From an uncultured Alphaproteobacteria bacterium (GTDB lineage: Bacteria; Pseudomonadota; Alphaproteobacteria; HIMB59; GCA-002718135), in assembly GCA_902512325.1 (NCBI GenBank), contig CABXIT010000003.1, forward strand, positions 4,416 to 68,415: a stretch of 64,000 nucleotides of DNA, given 5' to 3'. A model generated the notes under the pieces. The model did no database searches and was not told the origin of the DNA. It saw only the letters and a program-made list of their open reading frames with translations. This document shows, piece after piece, positions 42,594-50,120 of the stretch. Position 1 is the stretch's first letter; the number at the start of each line of letters is the position of its first letter. The position numbers and the translations under genes are program-made.

Positions 42594-44036
42594 ATGAACC
42601 AAGCCATTGTTAATAAAACTTCTGAATATTTCAAAAAAAAAGGAGTAATTTTACCTACAATTTCAGAACTTCGTGATCCTCATTCAATAGATGGAGATAT
42701 AAAAAATAAACTAAAAAATATTGATAAGAATACAATTGATCCACTAAATTTATTTAGAGTGCATTGGTTTAATAATAGAGATCACTCTTCTTTTTCGCAG
42801 GTTCCAGAACATATTGTACTTCCTAGTGAATTTACAGGAGTTGAAGCAAAAATAATTGTTAATATTGGTAGATTATTTCCATTAATAACTGCACATAAAG
42901 TTTTAGCAGCCTACGGATGTTTATTGCCAAGAATTTTAAATGGTACTTTTGATTATGAAAATCATAAAGCTGTTTGGCCTTCTACAGGTAATTATTGTCG
43001 AGGAGGAGTCGCTATTTCAAGAATACTCGGTTTAAAAAGTGTAGCTATCTTACCTGAAGGTATGAGTAAAGAACGCTTTGCTTGGTTAGAGAAATGGGTA
43101 GAGGATAAAAACGATATTATTAAAACAACCGGTACAGAGAGTAATGTAAAAGAAATATATGATGCTTGTAATGAATTAAAAAAAGATACAAAAAATGATA
43201 TTATTAATCAATTTGATGAATATTATAATTATGCAATTCATCGATCAGTAACAGGACCTTCATTTGAAAAATCATTTTTAAAAGTAAAAGGTGATTCAAG
43301 TTTAACACTAAGATTTTATGTAAGTGCCTCAGGCTCAAGTGGAACGCTTGCTGCAGGAGATTATTTAAAAGAACATTTAAATACAAAAATTGCAGTTGTT
43401 GAAGCAACAGAGTGCCCAACTTTGCTTAATAATGGTTACGGTGAACATAATATTCAAGGTATTGGTGATAAACATGTTCCATTAATTCACAATGTAATGA
43501 ATACTGATTTTGTTGTTGGTATTTCTGATCAAGCTACAAATAATCTTAACCTCATGTTTAATACAGAAATTGGAAAAAAATATTTAATTTCAAAAAAAGG
43601 TTTTGATAGTAATTTTGTTAATAGATTGCCTGAATTTGGGTTTTCAACAATTGCAAATATACTAGCTTCTATAAAATTAGCTCAATATATGAAATTAGGA
43701 GCTGATGATGCGATTATTACTGTTGCTACTGACGGTGCTGATTTGTATGCTTCTGAATTGCAAAAAACAAAAGATGATTTTAAAGGGATTTATGATGAAA
43801 CTGCATGTGCAGAGATATATGGCCAATATCTCAAAGGAATTTCTACAGATAATACTTTAGAGCTTACTCAAAGAGAAAGAGAAAGAATTTTTAATCTTGG
43901 ATATTATACCTGGGTAGAACAACAAGGCATTGATATTAATGAATTTGAGAAAAGAAGAGATCAAAATTTCTGGAATGAACATCATAATTATATGCTTTCT
44001 CTTGATAATCAAATTAAAGAATTTAATAGTATGTAA
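42594..44036 (+). CDS. Fold-type II (cysteine synthase / Trp synthase beta-like) PLP-dependent enzyme with extensions, specific function unknown
   Basis: 480 aa. Candidate PLP-lysine in LITAHKV, followed by WPSTGNYCRGGV (cf. the S-x-G-N loop) and GSSGTLAAG (Gly-rich phosphate loop). It is about 150 aa longer than CysK/SbnA. Confidence 0.55.
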   Translation: MNQAIVNKTSEYFKKKGVILPTISELRDPHSIDGDIKNKLKNIDKNTIDPLNLFRVHWFNNRDHSSFSQVPEHIVLPSEFTGVEAKIIVNIGRLFPLITAHKVLAAYGCLLPRILNGTFDYENHKAVWPSTGNYCRGGVAISRILGLKSVAILPEGMSKERFAWLEKWVEDKNDIIKTTGTESNVKEIYDACNELKKDTKNDIINQFDEYYNYAIHRSVTGPSFEKSFLKVKGDSSLTLRFYVSASGSSGTLAAGDYLKEHLNTKIAVVEATECPTLLNNGYGEHNIQGIGDKHVPLIHNVMNTDFVVGISDQATNNLNLMFNTEIGKKYLISKKGFDSNFVNRLPEFGFSTIANILASIKLAQYMKLGADDAIITVATDGADLYASELQKTKDDFKGIYDETACAEIYGQYLKGISTDNTLELTQRERERIFNLGYYTWVEQQGIDINEFEKRRDQNFWNEHHNYMLSLDNQIKEFNSM

Positions 44037-44039
44037 TCT

Positions 44040-45197
44040 ATGAAGACCCAAAGTTTACATAATCAATTAGTTGATTGGAGACATGATTTGCACATGAATC
44101 CACAAATAAGTTTTGAAGAAGAATATGCCTCAAATAAAGTAGCAAATTTGATGAAAGATTTTGGAATAGAAGTTCATCAAGGGATTGCTAAAACTGGTGT
44201 AGTGGGAGTTTTAAAAAAAGGAAACAGTAATAAAAGCATAGGTATCAGAGCGGATATGGATGCTTTACCAATTAATGAGATAAATACATTTTCTTATAAA
44301 TCTACAATTGAAAATAGAATGCACGCTTGTGGTCATGATGGACATATGACAATGTTATTAGGTGCAGCAAAATATTTAGCAGAACAGGGAAACTTTGATG
44401 GCACTATATATTTTATCTTTCAACCTGATGAAGAAAATACTTTTGGTGCAAAAACAATGATTGAGGAAGGTTTATTTACAAAATTTTCAATTGATGAAGT
44501 TTACGGTATGCATAACATTCCTGGTATGGAAACTGGAACATTTGGCACTAGAAAAGGAGGTATTACCACTAGTGAAAATTTATTTGAAATTTCAATTGAG
44601 GGTAAGGGCGGTCATGCAGCTTTACCCCATATGAGTAAAGATACAATAACAATTGGTAGTCAAATAATTATAGCTTTACAAACTATTGTTTCTCGTAAAT
44701 TAAATCCTGTAGAAGCAGGTGTAGTATCTGTTACTGAATTTATTACTGATGGAAAAAAAAATGTACTCGCTGGTAATGGTTTAATAAAAGGAGATGCAAG
44801 GGCATTTTCTGAAAAAACTAATACAATGATTGAGCAAAGCATGCGCCAACTAGTCAAAGGAATTTGTGATGCACATGGTGTTTCCTATGAAGTTAAATAT
44901 GAAACTACTTGTCCCATGACTTTTAATCAACCCGAACAAGCTAAATCAGCAACAAAAGCTGCAATCTCTTTATTAGGAACGGATAAATGCAATAGTGATA
45001 TTGAACCTAGATCTTTCTCAGAAGATTTTTCTATTATGTCAAAATCAACACCTGGATGTTTTGTATTGATGGGTAATGGCATCTCTGGATCAAATGGCAG
45101 ACCTTTGCACTCAGCGGACTATGATTTTAATGATGAATTATTAGTTAAAGGGTCTTCATATTGGGTTGAGTTAGCAGAACAACAATTAACATCATAA
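44040..45197 (+). CDS. M20D-family amidohydrolase (hippurate hydrolase / N-acyl-amino-acid deacylase-like)
   Basis: 385 aa. MHACGHDGH metal motif with typical ILR1/HipO-like architecture. Confidence 0.8.
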   Translation: MKTQSLHNQLVDWRHDLHMNPQISFEEEYASNKVANLMKDFGIEVHQGIAKTGVVGVLKKGNSNKSIGIRADMDALPINEINTFSYKSTIENRMHACGHDGHMTMLLGAAKYLAEQGNFDGTIYFIFQPDEENTFGAKTMIEEGLFTKFSIDEVYGMHNIPGMETGTFGTRKGGITTSENLFEISIEGKGGHAALPHMSKDTITIGSQIIIALQTIVSRKLNPVEAGVVSVTEFITDGKKNVLAGNGLIKGDARAFSEKTNTMIEQSMRQLVKGICDAHGVSYEVKYETTCPMTFNQPEQAKSATKAAISLLGTDKCNSDIEPRSFSEDFSIMSKSTPGCFVLMGNGISGSNGRPLHSADYDFNDELLVKGSSYWVELAEQQLTS

Positions 45198-45220
45198 ACT
45201 TTTGAAAGGGAAATATTAAG

Positions 45221-46375
45221 ATGTTTAAAAATAATTTAAATAAATTAGTAGAAAGAATGAAAGAGAGTAATATTGATCTAGCTGTTATTACTGATGATGA
45301 CAGTTTGTATTATTTTACTGGATACCACGACTTTCTTCACATGGATTTTAATCGTCCAACAATCCTTCTTGTTTCAAAAGATGGTGAAAGTACTTTGATC
45401 ACCCCTTTATTAGATGTACTTTTAGTTCCAGATGATACACCAGTAGGTAAAATAGAAACATGGAATGATGGTATTGGTGAGGAGTGGAGAGAATTTTTAC
45501 CAAAAATAATAAATAAACATAATAAAATTTTTTGTGAAAAATATAAAATAAATGCAACTGTAAATAATTATTTGTATGAATTAATGAATGGCAAACCTCT
45601 TGAAAATATTACACCGATTGTCAGTGAAATTCGTATGATTAAATCAGATGAAGAATTAAAAATAGCAAGACATACGGGTGAAGTAGCAATGGCAATGATG
45701 GAAGGAGCAAAATCTGTTATTGGCCACAATGTACCAGAATTTGAAATTGCTATAGCTCAATCTCAAGCGGGGACAAGAAAAGCAGCTCAGTTACTGCAAG
45801 ACCATTATCCTAAAAGTATCAACATGTCTCCAAATATACATTTTTTATCAGCTATTTCCTCAGGTAAGGATTTACCCAAAACACATCATCGTGCTTCAAC
45901 AAAATTAGTAAAGAAAGGTGATCCTATATTTGTTTGTTATTGTGGATCTGCTAATTTTCATAGATTTAAATTAGGCTTTGATCGTATTTTTTGGGTTGAA
46001 GAAATAAAAGATAAAAATCAAATAAAAGCTTTTGAAGTGGCAGTAAAATCACAACAAGCTGCTTTAAATGTTCTTCGCCCTGGTGTAACTGCTGAAGAGG
46101 TTCATGCAGCTTATGCAGAAACTATACAATCTGAAGGCTACCCATATCCTACTTTTAGATGTGGAAGAGGAACAGGTTTTAGTTTTTTAGAAGAGCCTCA
46201 ACTTGTTGTAGGAAATAAAACAGTTCTAAAACCTGGCATGGTTTTTGCAGTTGATGGTGGGAGTAGTGCAAAAGATTTTAGAGGTCAAGTAGGTGATAGT
46301 TTTATTATTACAGAAGATGGATATGAACAAATTACACATCACTCGAAAGCTATTGAAGATTTAATAATTAACTAA
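45221..46375 (+). CDS. M24-family (Xaa-Pro peptidase / creatinase fold) hydrolase, paralogue 1
   Basis: 384 aa. Creatinase-like N-domain plus a pita-bread C-domain (GDPIFVCYCG..., GMVFAVDGG). The second canonical Asp ligand position appears substituted. Confidence 0.7.
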   Translation: MFKNNLNKLVERMKESNIDLAVITDDDSLYYFTGYHDFLHMDFNRPTILLVSKDGESTLITPLLDVLLVPDDTPVGKIETWNDGIGEEWREFLPKIINKHNKIFCEKYKINATVNNYLYELMNGKPLENITPIVSEIRMIKSDEELKIARHTGEVAMAMMEGAKSVIGHNVPEFEIAIAQSQAGTRKAAQLLQDHYPKSINMSPNIHFLSAISSGKDLPKTHHRASTKLVKKGDPIFVCYCGSANFHRFKLGFDRIFWVEEIKDKNQIKAFEVAVKSQQAALNVLRPGVTAEEVHAAYAETIQSEGYPYPTFRCGRGTGFSFLEEPQLVVGNKTVLKPGMVFAVDGGSSAKDFRGQVGDSFIITEDGYEQITHHSKAIEDLIIN

Positions 46376-47397
46376 TGGAAAAAATTAAACTCTACAACGC
46401 ACATTGTTGTGGTGAAATAGGTGATGTCATTGTATCTGGAAAAATAAATTTAGAAGGCAATACTATATTAGAACAATCAAAATATTTATTTGATGACAAA
46501 AAACTAAGAAAATTTTTACTTAATGAGCCTAGAGGAGGGGTATTTAAGCATTATAATTTATTAGTTCCTCCAAAAAATGAAAAAGCAAAAGCGGCTTTTA
46601 TAATAATGGAGCCTGAAGATAATCCTCCAATGAGTGGTTCAAATAGTATTTGTGTAGCTACTGTTCTGCTTGAAAAAGGAATTATAGATATAAAAGAACC
46701 AACAACAGAATTCTTACTTGAAGCACCGGGTGGCATTATTCCAATAAAAGCATTTGTTGAAAATAAAAAAGTAAACTTTGTTGAAATTCACAATCTACCA
46801 TCATTCGTTGATAAAGTAGATGTGCAACTTCAAACATCTTCATTTGGAGAAATAATAGTTAGCACAGTTTTTGGAGGTGATAGTTTTGTTATCTGTAATG
46901 CACAAGATTTTGATTTAAGTATTAAACCTGAGAATGCCAAAAAATTTGTTGAAATTTCTAAAGAAATTGTAAAGGAAGCAAATTATCATTTGGGTTTTCA
47001 ACATCCAAGCTTACCTGATTTAAATTTCATTTCTTTTTGTCAATTTATTGAACCTATAAAAATAAATCATCTAAATCAAAAAGAAGGTTGGAATACTGTG
47101 TGTATTAGACCAGGAAAATTGGACAGATCTCCATGTGGTACAGGCACCTCTGCTAGGTTGGCCCTCATGCATGAAAAAAAAGAAATCGATATAAATGAAA
47201 AATTTATCTCAAGATCTATTATTGGTTCTACTTTTGAATCATATATTGCTAAAGAGTACATAGAGGAAAATAAAAAAATGATTATTCCTTCAATTAAAGG
47301 ATCAGCTTTTATAACTGGTGAACAAGAAATGTATATTTCTAATGATGATCCTTTTCCAGAAGGTTATCAACTAAATGATACATGGCCAACAGATTAG
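46375..47397 (+). CDS. Proline racemase / hydroxyproline epimerase superfamily protein with predicted Ser/Cys catalytic pair
   Basis: 340 aa. The second catalytic motif DRSPCGTGTSA is intact. The first motif reads PMSGSNS where canonical members have MCGH. Confidence 0.75.
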   Translation: MEKIKLYNAHCCGEIGDVIVSGKINLEGNTILEQSKYLFDDKKLRKFLLNEPRGGVFKHYNLLVPPKNEKAKAAFIIMEPEDNPPMSGSNSICVATVLLEKGIIDIKEPTTEFLLEAPGGIIPIKAFVENKKVNFVEIHNLPSFVDKVDVQLQTSSFGEIIVSTVFGGDSFVICNAQDFDLSIKPENAKKFVEISKEIVKEANYHLGFQHPSLPDLNFISFCQFIEPIKINHLNQKEGWNTVCIRPGKLDRSPCGTGTSARLALMHEKKEIDINEKFISRSIIGSTFESYIAKEYIEENKKMIIPSIKGSAFITGEQEMYISNDDPFPEGYQLNDTWPTD

Positions 47398-47418
47398 AAG
47401 GTTAAATTATTTGAATTT

Positions 47419-48420
47419 TTATTCTGATAAAGATTTTATCTTATCAACGAGTTCTTTGTTTATATTTCGCGCACCGCTATCTAATCTATTTTTATGCCTT
47501 CTTTCTCCTGGTAGTCTAACACCTTCAAGAGATTTCATTTGATCAAAAAATTTTTCAGCATGTTCATTCCAGTTATCACCAGCAATTAATTGAGGAGATA
47601 AAGCCATAATAAATTCACCACCCCTAGCTGGTCCACCATCGTTATTATCTGCTTCTTTTGCTTCAAAACTGAATAAATCACCAACTAATCCTGCGGCTAA
47701 TAACTCTATCATCATAGCAATAGCTGATCCTTTATAATCACCAAAAGTTAATAAAACACCGCCATTAGCAATTTCAGATGGGTTATCTGTTTTTTCACCA
47801 TCTTTATTTAGTCCTGTCCCATAAGGAACTTTATGACCATCTCTAGCAGCAACTTGAACCTCGCCCATTGCCATTGTTGAAGTTGCCATGTCATATACTA
47901 CTGGCGTATTATTCTTTCTTGGCCATGCAAATGAAATTGGATTAGTTCCAAACAAAGGTTTTTTTGCACCAGCAGGTGCAACACTTGGTTTGTAGGCTGT
48001 ACATGCAATTCCTATTAATTCATTTTCTGCTAAAGCTTCAGTCTCATGCCATAAAGCAGCAAAGTGATGAGTGTTGGTAATAGTTAGAACGCCCACGCCA
48101 TGTTTTTTGGTGACTTCTACTAACGCAGGAATACCAACTCCAATTGCTGTAGGAGCAAATCCATAATCACCCTCTACCTTAATTGCGTTTTGCGTTAAAA
48201 AATTATTCTTTGGTCTAGCATTACCTTTAACTTTTTTACTTTTTAAAGCTGCAATATACCCAGGTATTCTGAAAAGCCCATGTGATACACTTCCATCTCT
48301 TTCAGCATTCGTTACAGTATGTGCAACAGCTTCTGCGTTAAGTTCATCGCAACCATTAAATTTAAGTGTTTTTAGGGCTAGATTATATATTTCTTCCAAG
48401 GATAGGTCGGTAGTTGTCAT
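47419..48420 (-). CDS. Ldh_2 (malate/L-lactate dehydrogenase 2) family oxidoreductase; candidate delta1-pyrroline/piperideine-2-carboxylate reductase
   Basis: Ldh_2-family features (SHGLFRIPGY, GTNPISFAWP, MATSTMAMGEV). The preferred start is the ATG at 48420 (MTTTDLS), preceded by AAGGA 7 nt upstream. The maximal ORF extends to 48465. Confidence 0.75.
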   Translation of the reverse strand: MTTTDLSLEEIYNLALKTLKFNGCDELNAEAVAHTVTNAERDGSVSHGLFRIPGYIAALKSKKVKGNARPKNNFLTQNAIKVEGDYGFAPTAIGVGIPALVEVTKKHGVGVLTITNTHHFAALWHETEALAENELIGIACTAYKPSVAPAGAKKPLFGTNPISFAWPRKNNTPVVYDMATSTMAMGEVQVAARDGHKVPYGTGLNKDGEKTDNPSEIANGGVLLTFGDYKGSAIAMMIELLAAGLVGDLFSFEAKEADNNDGGPARGGEFIMALSPQLIAGDNWNEHAEKFFDQMKSLEGVRLPGERRHKNRLDSGARNINKELVDKIKSLSE

Positions 48421-48568
48421 AATATTCCTTTTATAAATTTGAGCTAAAGTATCTATATAGCGCATTTACAATTAGGATTAAATGGCTAAAGATATAAGTT
48501 TATTTTAAATTGTTTCAAAATCAGAAACTTTTTATTTTACGTAAAATATTTGAGGATATAGAAATTTT

Positions 48569-49834
48569 ATGACTCGTTTTAATGCATGGAATGTATTTAA
48601 AAATGGTTTTACTGGTCAAAAAAACTGGGATCGTCAATGGCGTGACCCAGAACCAAAAAAACAATATGATATAATAATAGTAGGAGGTGGCCTTCATGGT
48701 TTAGCTACTGCTTATTATTTAGCAAAAAATCATAATAAAAAAAATATAGCAGTTTTAGAAAAGGGATGGATAGGTGGTGGAAACGCTGGACGGAACACAA
48801 CTATAGTACGCTCAAATTATATGTTGCCCGGTAATCATGAATTTTATGAACATTCATTAAAGCTTTGGGAGAATTTGAGTCACGAATTAAATTATAATGT
48901 TATGTTTAGTCAAAGAGCACATGTCTCACTTTTTCATAGCCCCGGAGCAAAAGATGGGGCAGCAAGAAGATATAATATTATGCGCTTATATGGTACTGAT
49001 GCTGAATTGTGGGACTTAGATACTTTAAAAAAAAATATTCCTCATTTAAATTATTATGATGCAAGATTTCCAATTATGGGTGCTGCGGTACAAAGGAGAG
49101 CAGGAAATGCTAGACATGATTCAGCAGTATGGGGATATGCAAGAGCTGCTGATAGTTTAGGAGTAGATATATTACAAAATTGTGAAGTAACTGGTGTTAA
49201 GAGATCACAAAATAATATTGAAAGTTTAGAAACTTCAAGAGGAACTATTAAAGCTAAAAAAGTGGGTTTTGCTGTTGCAGGACATACTTCTGTTTTATGG
49301 CAAATGGCTGGACTTGGAAATTTACCTATTGAGTCACACAAGCTTCAAGCATTCGTAACAGAGTCAGTTAAACCTCTTTTAGATCATGTAGTTGTGTATG
49401 GTGTTGGAGGAGCTCATTTTTATATTTCCCAATCTGATAAGGGTAGTATGGTTTTTGGTGGAGATTTAGATTGGTATAAATCATATGCTCAAAGAGGAAA
49501 TTTACCAATGGTGCAAGATACTGCGGAAGCGGCTATGGCTATAATGCCTTGTTTAGGCAGAATTCGGCTTTTACGTCACTGGGCTGGCGTCATGGATATG
49601 TCTATGGATGGCTCTTTTTTCATATGCAAAACTCCTTTATCAAATTTGTATCTCAATGCTGGATGGAATTATGGAGGCTTCAAAGCAAGTCCTGCTTCAG
49701 GTTGGTATTTTGCTGATTTAATTGCTAGTGAACAACCTCATAAACATATTCAAAATCATAATTTAGAGAGATTTGAAAAAGGAATTAACATTGATGAGCG
49801 GGGCGCTGGTCCTGATCCAAAGTTGCACGGTTGA
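48569..49834 (+). CDS. soxB: Sarcosine oxidase beta subunit
   Basis: 421 aa. FAD motif IIIVGGGLHGLATAY and a SoxB-like N-terminus (WRDPEPKKQYD). First gene of soxBDAG. Confidence 0.92.
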   Translation: MTRFNAWNVFKNGFTGQKNWDRQWRDPEPKKQYDIIIVGGGLHGLATAYYLAKNHNKKNIAVLEKGWIGGGNAGRNTTIVRSNYMLPGNHEFYEHSLKLWENLSHELNYNVMFSQRAHVSLFHSPGAKDGAARRYNIMRLYGTDAELWDLDTLKKNIPHLNYYDARFPIMGAAVQRRAGNARHDSAVWGYARAADSLGVDILQNCEVTGVKRSQNNIESLETSRGTIKAKKVGFAVAGHTSVLWQMAGLGNLPIESHKLQAFVTESVKPLLDHVVVYGVGGAHFYISQSDKGSMVFGGDLDWYKSYAQRGNLPMVQDTAEAAMAIMPCLGRIRLLRHWAGVMDMSMDGSFFICKTPLSNLYLNAGWNYGGFKASPASGWYFADLIASEQPHKHIQNHNLERFEKGINIDERGAGPDPKLHG

Positions 49835-49835
49835 T

Positions 49836-50120
49836 ATGATAAGAATTAAATGTCCATATTGTGGTGAGAGAGATCATAGCGAGTTCACTTATGGAGGTGA
49901 TGCGTCTATTAAATATCCAGCGCTTGATGCACCTGAGTCAGAATGGACAAAGGCTATTTTTTTTCGCGAAAATATAAGAGGAATGCAAAAAGAAACTTGG
50001 CATCACACAAATGGTTGCAGACTCTGGCTAGAAGTAGAGAGATCTACGATTACGCATGAAATTAAAAGTGTTAAAGCATGTCATCCACAAATTGAAAAAA
50101 TTACAAAAAGTAAGTCATGA
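49836..50120 (+). CDS. soxD: Sarcosine oxidase delta subunit
   Basis: 94 aa from the ATG at 49836 (MIRIKCPYCGERDHSEF, the Zn-ribbon typical of SoxD). The track's upstream start overlaps soxB. Confidence 0.9.
   Translation: MIRIKCPYCGERDHSEFTYGGDASIKYPALDAPESEWTKAIFFRENIRGMQKETWHHTNGCRLWLEVERSTITHEIKSVKACHPQIEKITKSKS

Noticed and set aside
48421-48465. 15-codon N-terminal extension of the Ldh_2-family ORF (MRYIDTLAQIYKRNI)
   Set aside because: The internal ATG at 48420 is preceded by AAGGA at the proper distance and leaves room for the divergent soxB promoter. The longer form cannot be excluded without homologue alignment.
48466-48568. Possible glycine riboswitch upstream of soxB (SAR11 genomes are known for glycine riboswitches)
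   Set aside because: The spacer is about 100 nt of very AT-rich sequence lacking the conserved GC-rich glycine-aptamer core. It needs cmsearch to exclude formally.
49773-49835. Upstream start of soxD overlapping soxB by 62 nt
   Set aside because: SoxD proteins begin at the Zn-ribbon (MIRIKCPYCG). The ATG at 49836 lies 1 nt after the soxB stop.
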